Part shown: in pieces, positions 1-10,986 of the stretch | Position numbering within the stretch: the stretch's first letter is position 1 | Layout of the letters: every line of letters begins with the position of its first letter | Assembly: GCA_000091205.1 (NCBI GenBank) | Contig: AP006494.2 | DNA from: Cyanidioschyzon merolae | Lineage: Eukaryota | Reading direction: 5' to 3' (one strand) | DNA: 64,000 nucleotides | Notes under the pieces: model-generated | The model's input: only the letters and a program-made list of their open reading frames with translations | What the model was told of the DNA's origin: nothing | Databases searched by the model: none | Translations under genes and position numbers: made by a program

Positions 1-1966
1 AAAGCAGAGGAAGCCGCTGAAGTTTTCTGGGGCTTGGTATTATCGGGTGTCGATCATAATGGACTCCAGGAAGCATAGCAATAGGTGGAATGTCGGCATA
101 CGGATCCACCTGCATGTTCTGAGAATCATGTTGCGTTGAAGCAGGGGCGTTGCTTTGTGTGTTTCAGTTGGAGAGTCGTTGAGCGTGCAGATAGCACGTA
201 AGGACCCCCTTTGGCTGGTTAGCATGCGATTGCGCCAGACTCGCCAGCGGTTTCGGTTGTGCATAAGTACAAAGCGTGAATTCGCCAACTTGTGCAGTGA
301 GTCGGAAAAGCAAAAGACAGAGAAGGCGCGTCGTTTAATCGGAGCCTATGACGCTGGACATACTGTAACGCACGGGGGCTGGTTTCCTGCGCCTTCGACA
401 TGACGCGGCAACGCGTGAAAGAATCGATTCTGCACGATTCGCATCCATGAATTAGGGACGATTTACGCGGATCTTGGATACATATCCAAGCTGAAACTCG
501 TCGAGAAGAAGAACGTGAAACAGAGCAAGGTGCACGAGATGGTATTTGGTTAGCTGACTGAACATCAGATTGCGAGCCAGTTGAAGGTGACATGCTTCCT
601 TGCGCTCGATTCCGCTGGGAACAATGCGCGCAAGCACTTTCTGCACTGGGACTTGAACCCCTCGATCAGCCTACGGAAAGCACTGGCGCCTATGGAGCAC
701 TCAGCGGTTTTTTGTCCAGCGAGTTTTCGCGGCAGTCTTTTCGTACTCAGGGTAAGCACGGGGCAGAAATGCCGTAGACGTGCAGAGAAAAAAACGAGTG
801 GCCAGGAGAGCGCATTGGATTACCGCCTGAAGTAATGCACTGGTATGGTACGATGTAGCAATGCAAAAAGCATACAGGACCGGATGTATACGCAGAGAAC
901 GCCTCTTCTGGGCAATTGCTGGACACTCATGGTAATCCATTATTCGATAGGACAGCGTTTGCGTCTCCCATAGGAATGAGACGCTGCGCGATCCCAGCGC
1001 ACAGTGGAGACCGATTACTGTTTCCTGCTAGATGATGAATGCTACTGCCCCATTGGTCCGTGTTGTTGATTCGGAAGCGGCAAACGCTCCGATGAAAAGG
1101 ACCTGCAGAATCGCTATCTGAAGCGGAAAGGTTCTCGCGTGTTGCCGCTGTGCGGTGCAACGCAGGAGCTCTTCGGCGCGGCTGCTGCGACGGCCAAGTT
1201 TTTCCATTTGTTTCGCCGTTTCCGTGAATCGAGCACCTGCTGCACAAAAATTCCACACACCGGAATCGGACCTGGTGCGGATTATGAAGAGACCCTCAAT
1301 AACGAGGCGCGAATTGCTGGCGCTGCAAGCATTGCCGATCATTCCGTGGATTCGCTCTGAGCGGGAGTAAGCCGCTGGCGAGTCACATGGCCACTGTACC
1401 GCATACGACCTGCGACATCGAGTGACAAACGAGGTGCTTTACGTTTTCCACGGGAACCCGAGATCCATTCGATGCATACAGCCTGGCGCTGGGACAGCTT
1501 CAAACCCGCGCAATGGACCGGGTGCATCGACTAGGCAGTGGCCGCAGTTCTGCGTACGATTCGATGCGCTTTGCTGAACACCAATGTCGTATAAAGCGCC
1601 GATGGATAGCTGAGGTTTTCCGAGCAATCCGTTAGCGAGGGTCTTCGGTTTGCAGGCACGGGATATCCTAGTCCGTGGTGCATACTCCTGGCGAGTCTCT
1701 AGGCCGTTCGCGTGCTCGGCAGCCGCGGAGGTACCGCGCGAGGCACCGGTCGCTTTTCCCGCCAACCGTACGCATCACCACCACCACCACCAGCACCACC
1801 ACGAGGAGCGCGCATAGAATTATTTCACGGAACATGTCCAGCGAAGTGGTTGCTTCGTTGCCGCTCAAGCTATGCAGGCGAAAAACAGCATGCTTACAGG
1901 CGGTGCGCGCCTTGTGCGCTGTTTTCACGATATCTGCTTCGTGCCGCACGACAGGGTAGAGCTGTT

Positions 1967-4900
1967 TCAGGTAGCGTCCGATTCATCGGTGTTGGTGTTG
2001 CGAAAGCGGGACGCATGCCGTGGCTGCTCGAACTGCCTATCTCGTGCGGGGAGAAGGCGCTCCAAAAGGGGGTCTCGTGCTGTCATTTCCAGCTCCAGAC
2101 GAGTCTCGGGTGCGCTAGAGGCTGCTCTGCGCACTCTCGATGCTTCGATATCGCTCTCTCCCGACGCATCTATTTCATCCGCACTGCTACCAGAGTTGGC
2201 AGAATCCTCCTCCTCGTCCTCCTCCTCCTCCTCCTCGGAGAGAGAATGGACGGAACCCGCCTGCTCTGCTGGATCATTTGGTCTGGTTTGCGGTGCGACG
2301 CCTACAATAGGTTCCAAATTGATGTAAAAGAGTTCGTACATGTCGAGCCAAGCACCGCGCAGCTCGTTCCGCGGTCTTCCCTCCTGCCGGTGATACGTGC
2401 TCGCTTCGTGTACAATACGACTCAAGTCGCGGATACGGCGCGGCATGGGCGCTTCTGGTCGCCACAGCTTGATCGTGGCATCAATGCCGCAAGTCACCAG
2501 GTACGGCTCGTAGGGATGTTTCTCGACGCAGTTGACAACGTCGCGATCTGCGAGGAAAACCTGGATCAAATCGCCGGTGTAGCGATCCCATATGTACACG
2601 CGACCATCATCGCTACCCGAGATGACGTACTCGTCGTTTGGACCGTAAAAGTTCACCTCCTTGATGGTGATGGCGTTGCGATGCCCCAGAAAGCAACGCA
2701 CATAGGAACCGTCTGGCGAGCAGCGCGTCGTCAGCCAGCGAGGTACTCGCGTCCAATCACCGGGCGGCTCCAGCTCCTCGTCGGCAGGCGAGGTTGCGCC
2801 ATCCACCGCCAAAGTGCTCCGCATCTGGCCCCGGACCTGCATCGATTCAGCCGCTTCGTATTCCTGCGGCTCAGATGACCCCCTTCGCAACACCCTCGGA
2901 CGATTTGCGCTCGATACGTCGACGCTGGTGCGCACCGAAGGATGCGATGCCATTGCTGCTGGAGGCGCACTGAGGCGGCTCACGAGCGAATGCGTCTCCG
3001 GACGAGAGCCCGCGGGCTCATCAGCGGTACCAGCAAAGCTCTGCATGTTTCGCTCTGCGACTTGGAGTACTGCATCGCGTCCAGGCGGACCCACTCCGAG
3101 GTCTGTGGCGCCATCCAAACGAGATAGACTGCTTTCCGCTTGTTCGCCCGAGGTAGCAGTTGCGCGAATGCAGTCAGGAGGTAGGCTTCGCGATCCCGTC
3201 ACACTACCCGTTGGCCGAATCGCATGCGAAATGCTCACCTCCGAGTGTTCGGATAGCGTTGTGGACGTCATTGGTTGAGGTTGTGATGCTGTGTGCGCCT
3301 GTGCGCTCATGGAATCCGCCTGGATTACTCGATCACTGTGACTAGCCTGCGTCTGGATGCGCAGCGAGTGGGCCCTTCTCCGCGTGATTGGCCTTGAAAC
3401 GCCCTCACTCTGCAGATCATGAGGTATCGAAGTCCGCTCGCTGCTATCATCTGCGAACAGGGGTGCATTGCTTGCGACAATAGGCTGTTGCTGCTGCTGT
3501 TGATGCAGCTCTACCCTGCTGCTCCGCTGATCCATAGCATCGACGATTGTTTCCGCGGGCCTTTCAGAGGGCGCTTCATAATCACCACCACTACCACCGC
3601 CACCGCCACCACCACCACAGAGAAAAGAGCCTTTCTTCGGCTCGGTATCGAAGAGATAGATGGCATCGTGTGCGTAGCTTGCCAGAAGCTGAGAACCGTC
3701 CCGAGAGAACGCCACACCGGTAATCGAAACGCTCTCATACATCTCTTGGAGAAGCATACGACCGAGCCGACCGAGGATCGGTTCCGTATCAACCAGACCG
3801 CCACCCGCATCGTCGGGGTCAGTATCTTCGTAGACATGCCCAGCTGGATTGACAAGTCGACGCAAGTTGCGCCGGCGGACCCGGGCGGCACGACGTTCTC
3901 TCTCAAGGAGCACCTGGCGATACGCCTCACGTTCTTGACGATGTTGCTCCGCGACCGTGCGCCTCTCTAGTGGGGCATACACTCGAACAGGCCCTCGCAA
4001 CTGACTCAACATTCGTCGATCATAGAGCTGAACAAATTCATTGGTTCCAGCGACAACAAACCGATTCGAATCCAACGGATGTAGTTTGAGGCTGTAAAGT
4101 TCAATGGAAGGTTCCGTGATGAGCAGATTTCTCTGCGGCGAGAGTTGCCGCAGGCGATAGGTCCGCTCGTGCTCGCTATCGAACGCCTGTTCCTGAAAGG
4201 AGGCATGAATACGACGCCAATCGATCTCATTCACATCGAGGAGGATGTTCTGACAACGGCGGGTGTCACGGCTATGTCTCAGTGTCGGACGACATCGGTG
4301 TCGATGCGCTTCACGCAAATCAAACTGTCTCACAGTGCCGTCCTCGGAGCAGCTTAATATCACCTGCGGGTTCTGCGGGTCCACAGCGAGCTTCTTGACG
4401 CGCCCCGTGTGGCAGCAGACAGTGCGAATACATCGCCTCTCGAGGTCGCAGACACGGATCTCGTGGTCACCCGCACAGCTGACAATCACCCGATCGCCGG
4501 TGAACGGAACGAAGCGAACGTCGAAGATATTTGCCGAGTGTCCAGTTTGAAAGGTGAGGAGCGGGCGCTGACGCCAACGCTCCGGCGACACACCAGGAGC
4601 CGCTCTGGGCTCATCCTCCGCCGCCAGGTACCGCTCGTAGTCATTTGGCTCTAAAGGTCCCCTACGTGTCGTACTCCGAGCGTTTGGCAGCCACAACTCC
4701 CCGTCCTCGTTGAGGTGCTGGTAGTTCAGGTTCCAGAGCGCGATGCGAGTGTCATCCGAGCCAGACAGGCACAGGGTTCCGCTATCGTTCCAGCAGAGCG
4801 CGTTCACACAGCCGGTGTGCCCGTCCCAGACAGAGCAAAGCGCTAACCGATAGAGGAACGCTCGACTCGCACCGACGGCAGCCTCGGTTGTTCCCGGGTG

Positions 4901-5023
4901 CGTCGCTCGAACTGGCCACAGGGGCTCGCAGTACCGGCCCGAGGGTGACGGTTCAAAGTGGGCTCGAATGCCAAGCTCGCGTGCTCGCAAGAGCGTCGCA
5001 GTCGAGCCCAGCCCACGTTGCAT
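1967..5023 (-). CDS. WD40-repeat protein of the DDB1/CUL4-associated factor 8 (DCAF8/WDR42) type, 1018 aa, with long low-complexity insertions (polyQ, polyG, acidic tail)
   Basis: N-terminal LRARELG...GHTGCVNALCWNDSGTLCLSGSDDTRIALWNL and C-terminal GHRNAITIKEVNFYGPNDEYVISGSDDGRVYIWD...VVNCVEKHPYEPYLVTCGIDATIKLW resemble the DCAF8 WD-repeat blocks. Single uninterrupted ORF. Confidence 0.6.
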   Translation of the reverse strand: MQRGLGSTATLLRARELGIRAHFEPSPSGRYCEPLWPVRATHPGTTEAAVGASRAFLYRLALCSVWDGHTGCVNALCWNDSGTLCLSGSDDTRIALWNLNYQHLNEDGELWLPNARSTTRRGPLEPNDYERYLAAEDEPRAAPGVSPERWRQRPLLTFQTGHSANIFDVRFVPFTGDRVIVSCAGDHEIRVCDLERRCIRTVCCHTGRVKKLAVDPQNPQVILSCSEDGTVRQFDLREAHRHRCRPTLRHSRDTRRCQNILLDVNEIDWRRIHASFQEQAFDSEHERTYRLRQLSPQRNLLITEPSIELYSLKLHPLDSNRFVVAGTNEFVQLYDRRMLSQLRGPVRVYAPLERRTVAEQHRQEREAYRQVLLERERRAARVRRRNLRRLVNPAGHVYEDTDPDDAGGGLVDTEPILGRLGRMLLQEMYESVSITGVAFSRDGSQLLASYAHDAIYLFDTEPKKGSFLCGGGGGGGGSGGDYEAPSERPAETIVDAMDQRSSRVELHQQQQQQPIVASNAPLFADDSSERTSIPHDLQSEGVSRPITRRRAHSLRIQTQASHSDRVIQADSMSAQAHTASQPQPMTSTTLSEHSEVSISHAIRPTGSVTGSRSLPPDCIRATATSGEQAESSLSRLDGATDLGVGPPGRDAVLQVAERNMQSFAGTADEPAGSRPETHSLVSRLSAPPAAMASHPSVRTSVDVSSANRPRVLRRGSSEPQEYEAAESMQVRGQMRSTLAVDGATSPADEELEPPGDWTRVPRWLTTRCSPDGSYVRCFLGHRNAITIKEVNFYGPNDEYVISGSDDGRVYIWDRYTGDLIQVFLADRDVVNCVEKHPYEPYLVTCGIDATIKLWRPEAPMPRRIRDLSRIVHEASTYHRQEGRPRNELRGAWLDMYELFYINLEPIVGVAPQTRPNDPAEQAGSVHSLSEEEEEEDEEEDSANSGSSADEIDASGESDIEASRVRRAASSAPETRLELEMTARDPLLERLLPARDRQFEQPRHASRFRNTNTDESDAT

Positions 5024-5361
5024 CGAAGCAGGAGTGCTCGCAAACGAGGCCCCGAGGCGTGCCGCTCGCTTTCGGGTCGAGCGGTGCGGCTTCGGCGAAC
5101 ACCAGCAACGCCGACTATGGAGCCAAAAGCCGTGTCCAACGGTGCACGAACGACGAACGCTCTACCTGTTCGTATGCTGGTTGTTTCTAAACAACCAGAG
5201 TCACGGTTACAGGTAGGAGTTCCACCAGGTCGACGGCGTCTTCGAACGACACCCCCAGGTTTACGAAAGTGCCCCGAGGTCGAAGCCATTTCGTCATAGA
5301 ACGCGTTGCTCCTGGGTCGACGCACTAGCACACGCTGCCGCTGCTCCTTTACCAGAGACTG

Positions 5362-5904
5362 GTGTCGCTTATGACAACACTTCGCAAGTTCGTCGCCACA
5401 GACCTTTTCAATTTCAACTTGATCAATCTGGACCGGTTCACAGAGACCTATAATCTTGGTTTTTATGGGTACTACTTTACGCGCTGGCCTTGGTTGCAGC
5501 GGGTCGTGGTGGCCCCCGACGGCACGCTGGCCGCCTACATCCTTGGCAAAGTGGAAGGAAGTGGCCGCATGCTGCACGGACACATTTCCGCGGTCACAGT
5601 CGCACCGGAGTACCGCCGCCTCGGTGTGGCACGGGCACTGTTGCAGTTTCTCGAACAGGTCTCGGAGCAGCACGCGGGGGCTTTCTTTATCGACTTGTTC
5701 GTACGGGTGAGCAACCGTACCGCCGTGGACATGTACCAGAGACTCGGATACGCGATTTATCGTACTGTAGTTGGCTACTACGCTGACTCCGAAGACGCCT
5801 ACGACATGAGGAAACCGTGTCCCAGTCGTGACCCTACCGGAAGCTGTCTGGTTTGCGCTCGCAACCGCCGTCGCGTCCGTCCGCATGAATTGGAGTTCGA
5901 CTAG
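5362..5904 (+). CDS. NAA20: N-alpha-acetyltransferase 20 (NatB catalytic subunit), 180 aa; true start probably at Met-4 (MTTLRKF)
   Basis: MTTLRKFVATDLFNFNLINLDRFTETYNLGFYGYYFTRWP...HGHISAVTVAPEYRRLGVARAL...AVDMYQRLGY is a near-canonical NAA20/Nat5 sequence with the GNAT acetyl-CoA motif. Confidence 0.85.
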   Translation: MSLMTTLRKFVATDLFNFNLINLDRFTETYNLGFYGYYFTRWPWLQRVVVAPDGTLAAYILGKVEGSGRMLHGHISAVTVAPEYRRLGVARALLQFLEQVSEQHAGAFFIDLFVRVSNRTAVDMYQRLGYAIYRTVVGYYADSEDAYDMRKPCPSRDPTGSCLVCARNRRRVRPHELEFD

Positions 5905-6172
5905 TTCTGGTGGCCTGGTGATGAGCTTGGAGCCCTCAGATAACAAGGCCCAGTATCCGAGCACATGCGTTCGAGTTCGATGAGGTCTGGTGGCGGGGCG
6001 ACAAGAGCGAGCGCTGAAATAGCAAGGCCATATTTTGTTCACGGGTGCAGAGGCAGCTGGCGATTCGCCTTGACACCGGCACGCCAACATCTCGACACTA
6101 CCATAGGGGGTGCGAGGTTTTTACGAAGCGCTGAAGGAGGCGTCACGGGCCTTGGTTCACGATCCTTGTCAT

Positions 6173-7381
6173 CTACAACGCGTCATCCAGTTCCTCCGAG
6201 CACATGACATCAACTTCTTCAGGTACAAGGGCCGACGACGATGACGATAATCCGAGGCCTGACGTCTCATGATCACCATCGCCACCTCCACGAAACGGAA
6301 CAACTGGTGGCGGCATGCAGAGACGTGGACGCTTCTTCGGGGCCCCAGAAGGATAGAAAGTGCGATCAAAGAACAAGCTTTCAGATGAGAGCAAATACGA
6401 GTCTTCATGTGCGTCTCCAGAGATGTTCTCCTGGGATGCGGCAGTCCTTTCGAGGTACGCCGCAAGCTCCATGACAGAACGAGGCGACTGGGACGATTTC
6501 ACTGAGGACAGGATAGGGCGTCGCGAAACCTGGTGTTGACACAAATCCTCGATCCCTGCCAGGCATGCCTGCACATCACTCGCTGCATCGGATAGAAACT
6601 GACCCAAACGGAGGCCCGCCTCGATCGAACCGGGCAGTTGATGGCTCGCACACAGAATGCTCGCTGCTGCGACGACTGATGGCCGATACGAAAGCGCGAT
6701 AGAGGAAGCTCGCAAGGCGATATCCGCGAAACGCAACGACTCGGCAAGGAGGGCGTACGCGAGCGGACTGCGACCCTGACGCCGATCCGCCTGTGTGGAT
6801 ACGCCTTTGCTTCTCGCTGGCTCACTGCCTTGCTTCCCCGACAAGCAAACCCACCCATCATGCATCGGAGTATCCATTGTGGACGTCATGTCGATTTCCA
6901 TAAAATAATAGATAAATGGAATTGCAGACACTCGGACGACGTCCCATTCGAGTATACGCAACAGCTCCTGCTCCATGCGCACGATAGCTGACTTGGAGTA
7001 GAAGCCCGCATTCAATGCATGTAACTTGTGCAAGACCGCCGGGTCGCTCTCCGTCTCTTCACACTTTGCCGCCACTAGGATACACGCGCTCGCCAGCAGT
7101 TGCCACACGTTGCACGACACGCCCTTGTTTCGCGCGAAATACTCGTCGAAACAACTGACGGCGCTATGCACGGTACTTCTCTCGAGGCGCAGCACCTCGC
7201 CGGCATCCAACATCCACTCGACCACTTGCCCGCGATAGAACGCGTACTGCTGCGGAAAACAGAAGCGTTCAGCGACATTGGCATAGAGAAAACGAACGCG
7301 GCGCTCTCGCTCGAAAAACACAAGCCCAGCGTCGTCCCATTCAGATCCCTTCGTTTCAACCAGCATGACCACTCGATCCAC
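6173..7381 (-). CDS. Cyclin (cyclin N-terminal box), 402 aa
   Basis: Cyclin box: VVEWMLDAGEVLRLERSTVHSAVSCFDEYF...CNVWQLLASACILVAAKCEETE...MEQELLRILEWDV. Confidence 0.7.
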   Translation of the reverse strand: MDRVVMLVETKGSEWDDAGLVFFERERRVRFLYANVAERFCFPQQYAFYRGQVVEWMLDAGEVLRLERSTVHSAVSCFDEYFARNKGVSCNVWQLLASACILVAAKCEETESDPAVLHKLHALNAGFYSKSAIVRMEQELLRILEWDVVRVSAIPFIYYFMEIDMTSTMDTPMHDGWVCLSGKQGSEPARSKGVSTQADRRQGRSPLAYALLAESLRFADIALRASSIALSYRPSVVAAASILCASHQLPGSIEAGLRLGQFLSDAASDVQACLAGIEDLCQHQVSRRPILSSVKSSQSPRSVMELAAYLERTAASQENISGDAHEDSYLLSSESLFFDRTFYPSGAPKKRPRLCMPPPVVPFRGGGDGDHETSGLGLSSSSSALVPEEVDVMCSEELDDAL

Positions 7382-8057
7382 GACAGAACGCTTTCCTGTA
7401 GCCCAAAGCAGAAAACTTGGCCCTGTCGCTGCTGCTGCTGCCGTCGTCGTCGTCGCTGTTCAGGAGACTGCACAGCTCGCTTAGGTACCCGAGCAGTGGC
7501 GGACGCTTCCTCGAGCGCCGGTGTCGCCAAGTCGCCTCCTGCAATTGAGTTCCCCGCTATGCTTGGTATGTCAGACCCCCAGCTGATCTGACTGCAGGAG
7601 GAAAGCGACGTTGCCACACAGCGTGGCAGCCTGGGCACCTGTTTCCAAGCGATACCGCCGAGGGGCGTCACTACTGCAAGGTAGAGAGCGAGAAATATCT
7701 GGGGATGGGCGGGAGGCGGCTGGCGGCGACGTCTCCCGCCGCAGCTGCCGCTGCTGCTGTTGTAACGTGTGACCGTTGCGTTGGATGATCGACGCGCGCG
7801 CGCGCTGCGATCTGGGATTTTTTCTCAGATGACGAAAAGTGCCCAGTGATCAGGGATCCCAGATTGCGGGATGGGTAGGTATTCGTTATCGAAAAAGCGT
7901 CCATGATGCTTCACGATACCTCCAAGTTCCATTACTTGTGCCTCCGTTAGGATGCACTGGTCGTTTCGTACGTTCTATCGAGCGCTGAGTGTCTGCTTTG
8001 CTGCACCCTGCTGAAGCGTCTACACCGACAGAGCAGATGCTGCGCGGAGACAGCGCG

Positions 8058-8345
8058 GCGTTACTGTACCACTGATGACTTCGGCTCGAGGCGCGGTCCA
8101 TCTGATAAGGGATCAGGATTCATGATCATTCTGGGATCCAGCGATCTGCGTAGGCGTTGCTGTGCCACTGATGACTTCGGCTCGAGGCGCGGTCCATCTG
8201 ATAAGGGATCAGGATTCATGATCATTCTGGGATCCAGCGATCTGCGTAGGCGTTGCTGTGCCACTGATGACTTCGGCTCGAGGCGCGGTCCATCTGATAA
8301 GGGATCAGGATTCATGATCATTCTGGGATCCAGCGATCTGCGTAG
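8058..8345. repeat. Perfect or near-perfect tandem repeat, 96-bp unit x3, inside the 5' region of the long element (the paralogous copy at 50242-50337 has one unit)
   Basis: Direct reading: the unit gcgttgctgtgccactgatgacttcggctcgaggcgcggtccatctgataagggatcaggattcatgatcattctgggatccagcgatctgcgtag is repeated head-to-tail. Both strands stay ORF-open through the array only because the unit lacks stop codons. Confidence 0.9.
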
Positions 8346-9012
8346 ACAGACGCACTGGCTGCGGCAGCGCGAAGCGATATGCTACGAGATAATCGTCATA
8401 TTGGCGACGCCCAGACGCAGTCTAAGTGTACCTGGTCTCGGAATAAACCGCGTTGCCGACGAGTTACTCAGATCTCAATAGAGTACTAGGCACTGGGTGC
8501 AGCATGGAGCACCAGCCTGGCAGACTTGTCCGGCTCGCAGGACATTCCGCCTGGAAGGTAAACGTTCGAAAATATGGAAACATTTTCCCCCTTTGAACGT
8601 TTACCGTAGAGGGGAAAGAACATTTTATCCACTTGGTAGTTAGTCCTTGGTTTATGATCTTTTTTGTACATGGTGCGCTCGATATGCGCACACCCATATC
8701 TGGCAGGCATGCGACCTAGCATGTGCATCTCGCCGCTGAGGGGAAACGCGAACCTGATCATGAGCGTGTTGCTCTGACTTACAAGATGTATTTGCGTTCA
8801 AGGCACAAGAGAGTATGTTTTTCTCAGTTCAATTGTGTGTCAGCTCTCAAGTGAGTGTATTCGAGCGATTTTTCGCGGGTTGTAGCAGAAGCTTTCAAAG
8901 TGCGTTGTTTTGAAAAATAGTCGAGATAAATCGGGAAAAATATGGTTGTAGAAGTGGAGGATCCTGGAGGGCCCCGTATCGCCGGCTGCCGCAAAAAAAA
9001 AACCGAAGAACA

Positions 9013-10986
9013 GTGCCAACCAAAGAGGAACAACACAGGACCAGGAAGCAAGGCGGCGAGGGCCGACACCAAAACCTGCAGGGAAAACGACAGTACGACG
9101 AGATGGAAGTGAAAGCCTGTCTTTTACGCTGCGTCAAGGATCCGTGCAGGGAAAAGTTGCAAGAGGGCATCAGAAACCGTGTCGATTCGTACTCCAGGAG
9201 TATTGTAAAGGCCTGTTCAGGAATGATGCATGTGGTGAAGGTGATGTGTCGCGACGTGACGGACATCCAAACCGTCGAGGTTCCGGACGAGATTTTCGGC
9301 AAGACCTTCATTCGTCACCTGATGGTTGGAACAGGGGAAACGTCGAGGAGAAATGAGCGAGTTCGTGCCCTCCACGAAAATTACATCAAATACCGCTCCA
9401 ACGGTACTCGATACACGGGAGACTCGCGTATTTACGAATACGGGGCGATCAAGTACCTCACGAACCTGAAGAACCACGTGACCATGAACCTCAAAGGCTT
9501 CATGATACGCTCCGTCTTTGCCCTCGACCTGGAGCTGTCTCGCATAGGGATACGGGCCATCATCGACGGCATCAAGAACGATAGTCGGAATGAACAGGAG
9601 ATCGAATTTGCCGACAAGAAGACATCAAGCAGAGGAAAGAATGAACCTTCTGGAATCCCTGCGGCTATTCAGGAGCACCGTGCAGACTTGGGGCTTGTCA
9701 ACCCCGCGGATAAAGTATCAGAGATGAAAAAGATGACGAAAGATTTTATCCCCGCGTCCAGCGCTATTCCGTGTTTTTGGAGCGAGAACTCGAACGCCAG
9801 GCGGAGATGGAGCTCACTAGGGGAATACGTGAAGATTCGGAGAAGCGGAAGGCTTTCGTAATGGGTAAGCGCTTCAACGTCATTCCATTATGCAACAGCA
9901 AGTAGCACTTTGTGCGAATCGACGCTAGCGTCCTTCATGGCATCACGGGGGAGATGTGTCCGGAGTTCAGTTTTTTCAGGAAGGAGTTCGCCGGCGAAAA
10001 CCCGGAATCGTACTGGAAGAGTATCTTCGATTTCAAATGTCAGAATACAAGCAAAGAAAGATGTATACGGGGAATATCGAAAGAGATGGGATTCTGATGA
10101 ATGTGCACTACGGGTGCTTGATGGCGGATCTTCCTATTCTGTCTTTGTCGGTGCCTTTGACGGAGCATGAGAAGGACAAGGAGGTCGGTCCACGACGCAG
10201 GAGGTGCAGGAGAACGACTTTGTCGTCGGCGTGTGATACCGGGAACACGAATATCGTGACCATCGCTGCACCCAATTTTGCGGAAGATGGCATCGACGGT
10301 AACTTACGTCAGAGAGACATGCGTCTTTTAAAGCTCTCGAGAGCGAGATATTACCGAGACTCGGGAAAAATGAATGCAAGGAAACAAATTGTGACGTGGA
10401 ATGCTGGAGTGAAAGAGCACCTGGAAGCGGTCAGCCAGGTGACTAGTCGTCGAGCGGACCGCTGAGCATTTCTGGAATTCATGAAAAGTTGCGTTGCTCA
10501 TCAAGAGGAGCTGTGGAAAGAGTACACCAAGCCCCGGTGGGTTCGTCAGCATATAACTTTTGTACTGTGGAAAACAACCTGCATTCGCGAACTTTCTTAA
10601 TCAGTTGAGCGCCCTCATAGAGGACAAGAGTCGAAGGCTTGTAGTAGCATACGTTGCAGGTCGCTGAGCCTCCAAAACCAGGGAGCATATCTGCTCCATC
10701 GACAAGAGCGTACACGTAGTGCGCACATCGTTCCGTTACAGTACCGACAGATGAGTTCTGAGCGTCCTACATACACCATGAGCTGGGATGTACACTTCAG
10801 AGGGTCGAGATGGCGAAAAGCCAGCGGAGTCTTGAGGATATAGAAAGGTACGGAGAGCTTGCAGAACAGGAAATTGCACAGAGGGCACGAGCACGAGGAC
10901 TTGTCGCACTGCTTCGTACCACTTGTGGCAAGAAACGCATGAAGTTCGTGAACCGTGACTTTAACGCCGTTATCAAGATCCGATGA
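9013..10986 (+). pseudogene. TnpB/Fanzor-like RuvC nuclease gene, disrupted. N-terminal ORF 9013-9861 (likely start MEVKA at 9103), middle ORF 9956-10465 with RuvC-I-like SSACDTGNTNIVTIA near 10229-10270, C-terminal ORF 10810-10986 ending KKRMKFVNRDFNAVIKIR-stop. Frame changes could be introns or frameshifts
   Basis: The N-terminus MEVKACLLRCVKDPCREKLQ...RVDSYSRSI mirrors the TnpB start pattern (M.KAYK.RLYP..EQ...RFVYN). ACDTGNTNIV matches GIDLGIKNxAT (RuvC-I). RDFNAVIKI matches (D/N)RDxNAAxNI (RuvC-III). An in-frame TGA lies 3 codons after the motif, where the 36-kb copy has Cys. Confidence 0.45.

Noticed and set aside
1712-2878. 388-aa ORF on the + strand
   Set aside because: It lies entirely antisense to the DCAF8-like gene. 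High GC content routinely produces long stop-free antisense frames. It has low-complexity composition (poly-L, poly-P, poly-R) and no motif.
4843-6090. 415-aa ORF on the - strand overlapping the NAA20 gene
   Set aside because: It is antisense to a clearly conserved gene (NAA20) and to the DCAF8 promoter region, and is Arg/Pro-rich. I treat it as a GC-driven artefact.
7075-7671. 198-aa - ORF overlapping the cyclin 5' end, considered as an N-terminal extension or separate gene
   Set aside because: It is in a different frame from the cyclin ORF, has Arg/Gln-rich low-complexity composition and no motif. It could only be joined to the cyclin by an unsupported frameshift.
8058-8345. Regularly spaced 96-bp direct repeats, considered as a possible CRISPR-like array
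   Set aside because: The units are contiguous with no spacers. The context is eukaryotic and lies inside a transposon leader. It is a minisatellite, not a CRISPR.
9013-9861. 282-aa duplicated ORF considered as a retrotransposon Gag or unrelated host gene
   Set aside because: It has no CCHC knuckle or RT/IN neighbours. Its N-terminal pattern and its position upstream of RuvC-I/III-like motifs fit a TnpB/Fanzor N-terminal (WED/REC) region better.
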